Part shown: positions 7,530 through 13,597 of the stretch, piece after piece | Layout: every line of letters starts with the position of its first letter | Numbering within the stretch: the stretch's first letter is position 1 | Virus record (IMG/VR): IMGVR_UViG_3300006752_000008 | DNA length: 33,597 bases | Source of the DNA: a virus | Strand: one strand, 5' to 3' | The notes under the pieces: model-generated | Told to the model about the DNA's origin: nothing | Database searches by the model: none | Seen by the model: the letters and a program-made list of their open reading frames with translations, nothing else | Translations under genes and position numbers: made by a program

Positions 7530-7604
7530 GTTAGCTGTCTCCTACTAGAACATCAGGCCGAACAGTTCGATCTCACTGTGCTAAACCGACCACAGTACTT
7601 GCCG

Positions 7605-7612
7605 ATAATATA
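7605..7612 (-). promoter_or_regulatory. Conserved -10-like block TATATTAT in the left arm (mirror of 7769..7776)
   Basis: The - strand GGTATATTATCGGCAAGT matches the + strand AAGTATATTATCTGCAAGT in the right arm. This block is better conserved than the surrounding arms. Confidence 0.3.
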
Positions 7613-7647
7613 CCAGCCTCCGTCTGGTAGTGTCCCAGCCAGATAGT

Positions 7648-7672
7648 GCATCGCATAGCGATGCGCTTTTTG
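7648..7672 (+). terminator. Perfect 7-bp hairpin plus T-run in the inter-arm control region
   Basis: GCATCGC-ata-GCGATGC followed by GCTTTTTG. It is nested inside a second stem, CCCAGCC (7634..7640) with GGCTGGG (7676..7682). Confidence 0.4.
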
Positions 7673-7677
7673 ATTGG

Positions 7678-7693
7678 CTGGGCTTGCGCCCAG
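7678..7693. repeat. Perfect palindrome CTGGGC-ttgc-GCCCAG at the symmetry axis of the large inverted duplication
   Basis: Read directly. The midpoint between the pseudo-ATG (7529) and the real ATG (7846) is about 7688. Confidence 0.8.
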
Positions 7694-7768
7694 ATGGGGC
7701 TGGGGCTTTGTTAATTGAGGTCAGATGGGCTTCGCTCCACTGACCATGTGCCACGTTCGTGAGGCAAG

Positions 7769-7776
7769 TATATTAT
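7769..7776 (+). promoter_or_regulatory. Candidate early promoter -10 (TATATTAT), about 70 nt upstream of the first early gene
   Basis: GTGCCA-N17-TATTAT is possible. The block is conserved in both repeat arms. Confidence 0.3.
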
Positions 7777-7845
7777 CTGCAAGTTCGGTGGTTCGGAAGC
7801 ACACTGGACGAACGGTTCGTCCAGATAACCTAGAAGGAGACAGAC

Positions 7846-8262
7846 ATGTCTAAGAAAAACGTAAATCCAGCATTAGCACAACTTATCTCATTCAAAATGG
7901 ACGTTGTATGCATACATGAAGGCGATCATAACGCTTACCTTCGTGCATCAGTATCCAGAGATGCTTGCTTCACATCCAACAACGGCATCCAATGGAAGCT
8001 ACAGCAGATGAGCGACCTCAAGGCAGAGATAGCCACGCTGGTCGAAGGCGAAGGCCAAGAAGTTGTGGATGTGAATCTCGCCAAGAAGATTGACATCTTC
8101 CATCGCATGGAGGACGAACTGGTTGAACTACAGCTACGCCATGACGCTGACTTGGCTGTATACAACAAGGTGACAGGGGAAGACTGGAAGTCAACACCCA
8201 AGTCAGTCCGCGCCAAGAACGCACAGGCAGTACTGAGTGCCGCCAAAGCGATTGTAGGCTAA
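7846..8262 (+). CDS. First early protein (138 aa), unknown function
   Basis: Strong SD ctagaaggagacagacATG and an intact ORF, followed by an intrinsic terminator. GC content looks higher than in the rest of the genome. Confidence 0.85.
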   Translation: MSKKNVNPALAQLISFKMDVVCIHEGDHNAYLRASVSRDACFTSNNGIQWKLQQMSDLKAEIATLVEGEGQEVVDVNLAKKIDIFHRMEDELVELQLRHDADLAVYNKVTGEDWKSTPKSVRAKNAQAVLSAAKAIVG

Positions 8263-8270
8263 CTCAAGCA

Positions 8271-8305
8271 AGGGCGATTCAGAAATGGGTCGCCCTTTTC
8301 TTTTG
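8271..8305 (+). terminator. Rho-independent terminator after the first early gene
   Basis: AGGGCGA-ttcagaaatggg-TCGCCCT followed by TTTCTTTTG. Confidence 0.7.
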
Positions 8306-8341
8306 CCTATAGTTGTGCGTCAACGTATGGGGAGATGAGAT

Positions 8342-8500
8342 ATGTTTATCACGCTGACACAGGAGACAGTCCTGATACATACGTCACGCGGAAACAGGAG
8401 TCAGTTCTGCATACATCTTTTCCATAACAACAGGGTGCTAGGGGCTTTGGTCTTTGCCGACAATATCACTTTCATATTGCGTCAGAGTTCAGGTCACTAG
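8342..8500 (+). CDS. Possible small ORF (52 aa), not in the track
   Basis: Hand translation gives MFITLTQETVLIHTSRGNRSQFCIHLFHNNRVLGALVFADNITFILRQSSGH. SD ggggagatgagatATG. No recognisable family. Confidence 0.35.
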   Translation: MFITLTQETVLIHTSRGNRSQFCIHLFHNNRVLGALVFADNITFILRQSSGH

Positions 8501-8518
8501 CACCAGAAAGGAAACTAA

Positions 8519-8701
8519 ATGTTTTATATTAAGATTGATGGTCACATTCTTGCTGAGTGTTTTACTTGGAGACAAGCTCTCAATCAACAGACCAAAATAA
8601 AGTTAGGTCTTTATGAGATGTATCGCTCACAAAAGAAACGGATACCACATGAACGCATCAATCAAATCCGTATTCACAATACTGGTATCAACCCAACATA
8701 A
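8519..8701 (+). CDS. Hypothetical early protein (60 aa)
   Basis: Track ORF preceded by a junction-cassette variant, aaaggaaactaaATG. Confidence 0.65.
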   Translation: MFYIKIDGHILAECFTWRQALNQQTKIKLGLYEMYRSQKKRIPHERINQIRIHNTGINPT

Positions 8702-8718
8702 TAAATAAAGGAGGTGTT

Positions 8719-8883
8719 ATGTCTGAAACAATATGTAAGTGCATTAGTTGCGGCAATATTTATTTGGATGAGGACAACGACAATCCTCAATTAGTTATAT
8801 GTGAAGATGAACGTGGATTATTCTGGGGTTGTCCAACTTGTGAAACAGACAACCACCTAATGGATATGAACCACTGTATCTAA
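8719..8883 (+). CDS. Small zinc-ribbon protein (54 aa), not in the track
   Basis: Hand translation gives MSETICKCISCGNIYLDEDNDNPQLVICEDERGLFWGCPTCETDNHLMDMNHCI, with CxxC...CxxC. SD aaaggaggtgttATG. Confidence 0.7.
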   Translation: MSETICKCISCGNIYLDEDNDNPQLVICEDERGLFWGCPTCETDNHLMDMNHCI

Positions 8884-8937
8884 CAAACCACAATATGTTG
8901 TTGCTTATACTGCGTTGATGCAGTAACCTAATTAAAT

Positions 8938-9011
8938 AGGGGTAAAGTGTTACGGTAGCACATCAGGTTCCAACCCTGAGAGAGTGGGTTCAATTCCTAC
9001 TACCCCTGCCA
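8938..9011 (+). tRNA. trnW: tRNA-Trp (anticodon CCA), 3' CCA encoded
   Basis: Folded by hand. Acceptor AGGGGTA/TACCCCT (7 bp). D stem GTGT/GCAC with a GG-containing loop. Anticodon stem TCAGG/CCTGA with loop TTCCAAC. 4-nt variable loop. T stem GTGGG/CCTAC with loop TTCAATT. Discriminator G followed by CCA. Position 8 is A, which is unusual. Confidence 0.85.
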
Positions 9012-9029
9012 AATCAAAAGGAGAACTAA

Positions 9030-9215
9030 ATGTTATCGCTTCGTACAATCTCAATCATCGGTGAGATATTCTTGCTTTCAATAAGCATCGTTGGCTTAAC
9101 AGTCGCCATCCCAGAAATGATTTATTATGCACCGCCTTTGTTGGTAATCATATTTGTTGTCGGTGTTATCGGAACATGCATGGGCATCACGTTAATTATA
9201 TGGAGGATGCAATGA
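9030..9215 (+). CDS. Small membrane protein (61 aa, two predicted TM helices)
   Basis: Track ORF preceded by the cassette aaaaggagaactaaATG. Hydrophobic stretches IIGEIFLLSISIVGLTVAI and LLVIIFVVGVIGTCMGITLIIW. Confidence 0.75.
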   Translation: MLSLRTISIIGEIFLLSISIVGLTVAIPEMIYYAPPLLVIIFVVGVIGTCMGITLIIWRMQ

Positions 9216-9361
9216 AAGTCAGAATCTATAAGCGTCTTATATCAGGTAGAGTTTGTTTCTATCTGTTCCCTCGTTACCTCTTTACTAATTGTGGGTACAC
9301 AGTGAAGTGGCTTGGTTTAATTATTACCCACAGATACTCACTCGAAAGGAGAACTAAATGA
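9212..9361 (+). CDS. Hypothetical protein (49 aa)
   Basis: Internal ATG 9212 of track ORF 9176..9361, with SD tggaggatgcaATG. ATGA overlaps with genes on both sides. Confidence 0.5.
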   Translation: MKVRIYKRLISGRVCFYLFPRYLFTNCGYTVKWLGLIITHRYSLERRTK

Positions 9362-10233
9362 ATATGTTACGTCCATTTACAGAGAGCATTGACTCATCTG
9401 CTTATGATTTCCCAGTGGAGACAATGGGTTTGTTAGCCGCTAAAGATGGCGACCCTAATCTTCATACTGTGCCAAGCAAAATGGCACGATGCATCATCCG
9501 CACTGATACCAATGAGGTGCTTGGTGTTCATGGCTCTAAGTACAAACCCATCACTCATTCAGATGTGGTCAACTCAATAGCCGATGCCGTTCACACATCA
9601 TCCGTAACTAAAGATTACGAAATCAAAATAAATGTGTTCGACAACGGTGCTAAGTTGCGTGGCTTTGTAAACTTCCCTGACCTGACGATCGAACCAGCAG
9701 TAGGAGACATCGTTCATTTTCGTGTACCATTCTACAATTCATACGATGGTTCATGGTCGTTCCAACAATCAGCCGAAGGCATGAGGCTATGGTGTTTGAA
9801 TGGTTGCACCGACCCACTCACTGTCGCTCGAACAGTTGCCAAGCACACAACCAACGTCAACGTGTCAGCTTCAGCATCCAAGATTCATGCTGGGCTTCAA
9901 GGTTTCTTCCGCAACAAGGAGGTATGGAAAAGCTGGATGACCACACACGTTGATGATGACATGGCTGAACAATTCTTCAAACATAAAGTCGTGCGTGTAA
10001 AGAACAACACAAGTGAGTTCAAATATAACTTCAAGCAATTAGATAATCTAATGGGTTGTTGGTTAGAAAACAAAGCACACTTAGGTTCTAACAAGTGGGC
10101 ATTATATAATGCACTAACTTATTGGGCGACCCACACTGAGGGTCAATCATCTACCCCACACGTTGCCACTCGACTGCGTGAGTCCATTGTAGCCAAGGCT
10201 ATCAGTGACACAGTCGGATGGGAACGAGCCTAA
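9358..10233 (+). CDS. DUF932/DUF945-family phage-plasmid-like protein
   Basis: 291 aa. The segment HFRVPFYNSYDGSWSFQQSAEGMRLWCLNGC matches the conserved core of this family (recollection). Preceded by the cassette gaaaggagaactaaATG. Confidence 0.85.
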   Translation: MNMLRPFTESIDSSAYDFPVETMGLLAAKDGDPNLHTVPSKMARCIIRTDTNEVLGVHGSKYKPITHSDVVNSIADAVHTSSVTKDYEIKINVFDNGAKLRGFVNFPDLTIEPAVGDIVHFRVPFYNSYDGSWSFQQSAEGMRLWCLNGCTDPLTVARTVAKHTTNVNVSASASKIHAGLQGFFRNKEVWKSWMTTHVDDDMAEQFFKHKVVRVKNNTSEFKYNFKQLDNLMGCWLENKAHLGSNKWALYNALTYWATHTEGQSSTPHVATRLRESIVAKAISDTVGWERA

Positions 10234-10252
10234 ACATTATCAACCGACAAGT

Positions 10253-10287
10253 GATTGCCGCCCCCGCGTGGGGTAAGGGCGGCAATC
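10253..10287 (+). other. Perfect 11-bp stem-loop in the intergenic gap (no T-run)
   Basis: GATTGCCGCCC-ccgcgtggggtaa-GGGCGGCAATC. The loop contains an inner CCCC/GGGG pair option. Confidence 0.6.
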
Positions 10288-10317
10288 ATTGTCGCCATGC
10301 TAAAGGAGAAACTAAGC

Positions 10318-10563
10318 ATGTCTTTAATCAATCAACTTCAACAGGTGCGTGACCAGCTTGCTGTCATTCACCAGCGTACCAAAGATGAATCGTCACAGTT
10401 TCAGTGGCCTGTTCATACTGCGCTGACATCAATACAAAATTGTGTTGATACATACGCAGAGGTATTAGAGCGTGACACTAATGATGACTCGCCCTATATC
10501 CCTGCGCTTCGTGAAATACTTCCAGCCGATATGGATGGACTAACAATCAGAAAGGATAAGTAA
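10318..10563 (+). CDS. Hypothetical early protein (81 aa)
   Basis: Internal ATG of track ORF 10255..10563, chosen because of the cassette taaaggagaaactaagcATG. The upstream part of the ORF overlaps the hairpin. Confidence 0.7.
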   Translation: MSLINQLQQVRDQLAVIHQRTKDESSQFQWPVHTALTSIQNCVDTYAEVLERDTNDDSPYIPALREILPADMDGLTIRKDK

Positions 10564-10775
10564 TGACTAAGCCTTTACTTGCTAAAGGTCAGCTTGAATT
10601 TATTGCAGATAAGGTTGCCCCTCTAATGGGGTGGCCTACTGTAATTCATCAACTTGCTGATGAACTTGCAACAGCTAACCCTAAGTTTGATCGTGAAAAA
10701 TTTATGACTCGCGCTGTCGATGCTTGGGAGAAGCACAACCCACCGCCAGAGATTGATGATGAAATACCCTATTAA
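10563..10775 (+). CDS. Hypothetical early protein (70 aa)
   Basis: Track ORF coupled to the upstream gene by TAATG. Confidence 0.7.
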   Translation: MTKPLLAKGQLEFIADKVAPLMGWPTVIHQLADELATANPKFDREKFMTRAVDAWEKHNPPPEIDDEIPY

Positions 10776-10785
10776 AGATAAAGCA

Positions 10786-11055
10786 ATGACAGTCCAGCAC
10801 TCAGACTTCTATGAGTGTGTGGACTGTAATCAACAGCATGAGAACTACAATGATTTGTACCACCCGAACAATGATACTGGTGGGTTCTGTGCTAATTGTC
10901 TTTCAGATAATATCAAAACACTTGAGGCATACACAGTTGTTCATACTCTGTATGCCACATCACCAGAAGATGCACTCGAAACATCCCTCGAACTAGATGG
11001 TTGCTGTCAAGAAACCACAGTGTATGAGGGAATCATATCAGAAAAGGAGAACTAA
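10786..11055 (+). CDS. Small Cys-rich (CxxC...CxxC) protein (89 aa)
   Basis: Internal ATG of track ORF 10720..11055, located after the upstream stop. Contains ECVDCNQQ...FCANCL and ends in -EKEN, encoded by the junction cassette. Confidence 0.65.
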   Translation: MTVQHSDFYECVDCNQQHENYNDLYHPNNDTGGFCANCLSDNIKTLEAYTVVHTLYATSPEDALETSLELDGCCQETTVYEGIISEKEN

Positions 11056-11056
11056 A

Positions 11057-11374
11057 ATGAACGACCTCTTTGAAACTCAAGCCTATCAATTGGCTCGTAA
11101 CACCGACCCCTCGACTAGCCATGAGGCGGCAGAAAAATTAGATGCTACCAAATTGGAAGCTCTTGTTCTTAGCTACATTAAAATCTTCAGCATCGAAGGT
11201 GCTATATCAGAACAGATCGAAGACCTGATGTGGGTCAATGAGCAAGTCAAAGCCTCATCTGTTACACCTAGATACAGAAAATTATTAGATAAAGGATTGA
11301 TTAAGATTGATGGCAAGCGCAAAGCTAGGTCAGGTCGTAGTCAACAGGTGATGTATGCATTGCCCCAAGTGTAA
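11057..11374 (+). CDS. Winged-helix DNA-binding protein (105 aa)
   Basis: ATG after the cassette gaaaaggagaactaaaATG. The pattern [14 protein letters not shown]...LVLSYI...ISEQIEDL...[16 protein letters not shown] is typical of MarR-like wHTH phage proteins. Confidence 0.7.
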   Translation: MNDLFETQAYQLARNTDPSTSHEAAEKLDATKLEALVLSYIKIFSIEGAISEQIEDLMWVNEQVKASSVTPRYRKLLDKGLIKIDGKRKARSGRSQQVMYALPQV

Positions 11375-11636
11375 GTCTGATACGAAGGTAAAAGACTCAC
11401 GCTCATCTGCCAACAATACCATAAGGCGGAGGCGTGCTTGCCTGTCCTGTGACCACAAGTTCACAACCTTGGAAGCAATCCCAAGAGTGAGGGCAGTTGC
11501 GGAGGTAACTATAAAACCGAAGCGACTGCCTCACATCAAGGAGAAAAAGAAAATCCGTACAGTCACAAAGCAAATAGACTACACTGATGAAATGACTGAT
11601 GAAGAATTAGAGGCTTGGATATTTTCTGAGGATTGA
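11355..11636 (+). CDS. NrdR-like zinc-ribbon protein lacking the ATP-cone (93 aa)
   Basis: [40 protein letters not shown] aligns with the NrdR N-terminus (MHCPFC..DTKVIDSR....VRRRRQCLVCNERFTTFE). The rest is short, basic then acidic, and has no ATP-cone. Confidence 0.8.
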   Translation: MHCPKCKSDTKVKDSRSSANNTIRRRRACLSCDHKFTTLEAIPRVRAVAEVTIKPKRLPHIKEKKKIRTVTKQIDYTDEMTDEELEAWIFSED

Positions 11637-11667
11637 CGATTAACTGCAAGTATGCAATCGTAGCCAC

Positions 11668-11865
11668 ATGAAAAGTTATTATGAAATCTTAGAACAAAAA
11701 GCTACGAACTCAAACGTGTTGCTGAAGGATGCCTTTGTATTAGCTGGTGTTCCTTCATCAACTTACTATCGTGTTAAGTATGGTCAGGATATGCGGCACT
11801 CAACAGCATTAAAGATATATGAAAAACTTCGAGCATTACAAACAACCAACACAAGTGACAGATAG
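11668..11865 (+). CDS. Small putative HTH protein (65 aa)
   Basis: Track ORF. AGVPSSTYYRVKYG looks like an HTH turn plus recognition helix. No obvious SD. Confidence 0.55.
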   Translation: MKSYYEILEQKATNSNVLLKDAFVLAGVPSSTYYRVKYGQDMRHSTALKIYEKLRALQTTNTSDR

Positions 11866-12073
11866 TTACAGTGATGTTGTCAATGAAATGGTTAGCCATC
11901 GTACTAGACAGAAGATGTCTCAGGAAGAACTAGCCCACAGAATAGGAGTCAACAAATCTTTAATCCACAAATGGGAGCAACACAAACGTGTACCTAGTGG
12001 CTTTATGTTTACTTGTTGGTTAGATGCGCTTGGCCTTACGCTCAAAATCTATAAGAAAAAGATTAAAAAATAG
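11819..12073 (+). CDS. XRE-family HTH transcriptional regulator (84 aa)
   Basis: MSQEELAHRIGVNKSLIHKWEQHKRVPS is a classic Cro/C1-type HTH. The start is uncertain; an alternative ATG lies near 11887. Confidence 0.75.
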   Translation: MKNFEHYKQPTQVTDSYSDVVNEMVSHRTRQKMSQEELAHRIGVNKSLIHKWEQHKRVPSGFMFTCWLDALGLTLKIYKKKIKK

Positions 12074-12374
12074 CGACCCGAACAAGGGCGTACCATATAA
12101 ATGCGATGCTTGCTCAACGCTCACTCATTACTTTGTGTGTGTGCTTGCATCAATAGAACCAGTAGCACATCACACAATTTGTGATAGCTGTATGGAAAAA
12201 GGAGCAGACTATTGGCAAGCAAGAATCGCAGAAAAGGCGACTATCACGAAAGAAGAATTGTATACTGGTTACAAGAGCAAGGCTTCCAAGCGAAAAGGCA
12301 ACCGATGTCTGGACAATTGGGAGGAGAATATTCTGGCGACATCATCTGGAAACTCAACGGACACGGATTGGTAA
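12024..12374 (+). CDS. Questionable ORF with a CxxC...CxxC segment; overlaps two neighbours
   Basis: 116-aa track ORF. Only the 12074..12211 portion is free of better-supported genes. No SD. Confidence 0.2.
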   Translation: MRLALRSKSIRKRLKNSDPNKGVPYKCDACSTLTHYFVCVLASIEPVAHHTICDSCMEKGADYWQARIAEKATITKEELYTGYKSKASKRKGNRCLDNWEENILATSSGNSTDTDW

Positions 12375-12589
12375 CTGAAGTTAAGTACCGTGACGCCGCA
12401 TCTTTTCCTAATGCTTTCAAGGTGTTAGAAGGAAGGGATGCTGCAATTTATAAACGTAAGACAGGCACACCAAGAACCTGTGTTATATTTGACGGTGATG
12501 TATTTGAGAAGTACATCGCCCCACTTTTAAAGGAGAACTTAAATGTCATTCTTACTAATGGCGAAGGTAATCAAGGAGAGGATTCCTGA
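12212..12589 (+). CDS. Hjc-like PD-(D/E)XK Holliday-junction resolvase/endonuclease, TTG start
   Basis: RKGDYHERRIVYWLQEQGFQAKRQPMSGQ...GDII...VTEVKYR fits the G-x3-ER...G-x4-R...SG...D...E-V-K resolvase pattern. TTG 12212 lies 7 nt after AAGGAG. Confidence 0.75.
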   Translation: MASKNRRKGDYHERRIVYWLQEQGFQAKRQPMSGQLGGEYSGDIIWKLNGHGLVTEVKYRDAASFPNAFKVLEGRDAAIYKRKTGTPRTCVIFDGDVFEKYIAPLLKENLNVILTNGEGNQGEDS

Positions 12590-13154
12590 TTGCTATGCCA
12601 AGTGGTTGATGGTTGTTCTGGCTGATTATGCTAATGAAGAAACGCATAAGTGTTGGCCTTCATTAACTACAATCGAAGAACGAACATCAATGAATCGTTC
12701 AACAATAACTCGCAAACTAAATTGGTTAGAAGAAGAAGGCTATGTTACTCGGCAACGAGGCAACAACAAGCGTTCCACTGTGTATACATTATACCCACAG
12801 TTAGTTGCAGACAGCACCCAGCTAGGTGCAGACAGCACCCCTAACCTATTACTAACCAGTAAAACAAAGATAGAGGACTGGCATCCAAGTGATGAATTGA
12901 TTGTCTCTATTAACTCGAAGGGAGAAATCGACCATGACCTTGAAGCAGATCAGTTCCGTAATCACCACCTCGCCAAAGGCACAAAGCTCAAAGACATCAA
13001 CAGAGGCTACCGCTACTGGTGTAACAACGTCATTAAGTGGAGAGCAGAAAGAGAAGGCAGTGGCAAGGCTACTGGAAATTGGAAAGCCAAACGTGGTGGA
13101 CACAAATCTTCTTTGTTCGGTGGAATCCATTCTCGGCTGTCAGGTAATTCCTAA
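12543..13154 (+). CDS. HTH replication initiator / replisome organiser (lambda O-like role)
   Basis: The N-terminus KWLMVVLADYANEETHKCWPSLTTIEERTSMNRSTITRKLNWLEEEGYV is a wHTH typical of phage replication proteins. The C-terminus has the FRNHHLAKGTKLKDINRGYRYWCNN motif. Preceded by the cassette ttaaaggagaacttaaATG. Confidence 0.8.
   Translation: MSFLLMAKVIKERIPDCYAKWLMVVLADYANEETHKCWPSLTTIEERTSMNRSTITRKLNWLEEEGYVTRQRGNNKRSTVYTLYPQLVADSTQLGADSTPNLLLTSKTKIEDWHPSDELIVSINSKGEIDHDLEADQFRNHHLAKGTKLKDINRGYRYWCNNVIKWRAEREGSGKATGNWKAKRGGHKSSLFGGIHSRLSGNS
12803..12840. repeat. Two iteron-like direct repeats, AG(T/G)TGCAGACAGCACCC, with 21-bp period
   Basis: 12803..12819 and 12824..12840 are 16/17 identical. 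They lie inside the initiator gene linker. An ACTGTG...CACAGT inverted repeat precedes them and an A/T-rich stretch follows. Confidence 0.6.
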
Positions 13155-13563
13155 AGAGACAGTGCGCTATCCTAAAGATGGTGACGTTGACATCAGGCTC
13201 AATGGCTACACCATATCATGTGATAACATCCTGTCAGTTGAACGAGCGATGGGGGCGGTTGCGGCATCGCTCGTTCCCCTGCCAGTAGATGACATCATCA
13301 GCCAACTAAAAATGTTAGCGGCTCTTGTTGTCAAACCATCTGGCGAGAACGCAGATGATTACAGTGTACGCATACAAGCAATAGCTATGCAGTTATCTGA
13401 ATACCCTGCCGATATTGTTGTTCGTGCAATCAAAGAAACGTCAGAGACTACAACCTTCTGGCCTTCTTATGCAGAGATATACGCCAAAATCAAATGGCGT
13501 ATGAAGAAGCGTGAGCTTCTAATGGTAGCCCTCGAAAGAAAAAGGGTTGAACTTACTGCGTAA
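13093..13563 (+). CDS. Replication accessory protein (possible helicase-loader/G39P-like); start uncertain
   Basis: The frame of track ORF 12901..13563. The C-terminal part (...YPADIVVRAIKETSETTTFWPSYAEIYAKI...) looks coding. In-frame start candidates are ATG 12933 (good SD but a 222-nt overlap) and GTG 13093, 13096, 13120 and 13162. Confidence 0.55.
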   Translation: MVDTNLLCSVESILGCQVIPKETVRYPKDGDVDIRLNGYTISCDNILSVERAMGAVAASLVPLPVDDIISQLKMLAALVVKPSGENADDYSVRIQAIAMQLSEYPADIVVRAIKETSETTTFWPSYAEIYAKIKWRMKKRELLMVALERKRVELTA

Positions 13564-13597
13564 TTGCAGTAGTATAATTAAACAAAGGAGAACTAAT

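Noticed and set aside
7028-8330. The repeat pair as a diversity-generating retroelement (TR/VR)
   Set aside because: The window has no reverse transcriptase. The repeats are inverted and about 600 bp long. Mismatches are of all types, not adenine-specific.
7028-8330. The repeat as a hairpin-telomere/protelomerase site or an invertible segment
   Set aside because: The arms are only about 70% identical. No protelomerase or invertase/recombinase gene is present. The perfect palindrome at the axis is only 16 nt.
8453-8468. TTGCCGACAATATCAC, which resembles the left-arm block TTGCCGATAATATACC (7598..7613), as an additional leftward promoter or antisense RNA source
   Set aside because: This is a single 14/16 match with no supporting -35 element or downstream feature. 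It is too weak to call.
11668-12073. The HTH pair as a CI/Cro lysogeny switch implying a temperate lifestyle
   Set aside because: I recognised no integrase, excisionase, partition or plasmid-maintenance gene. HTH proteins alone do not support a lysogeny call.
13547-13597. The longer start (ATG 13547) for the exonuclease, and likewise 10255, 10720, 10997 and 9176 for their ORFs
   Set aside because: In each case an internal ATG sits directly behind the conserved AAGGAGAACTAA cassette or a strong SD. In addition, the upstream extension overlaps the preceding gene or a hairpin.
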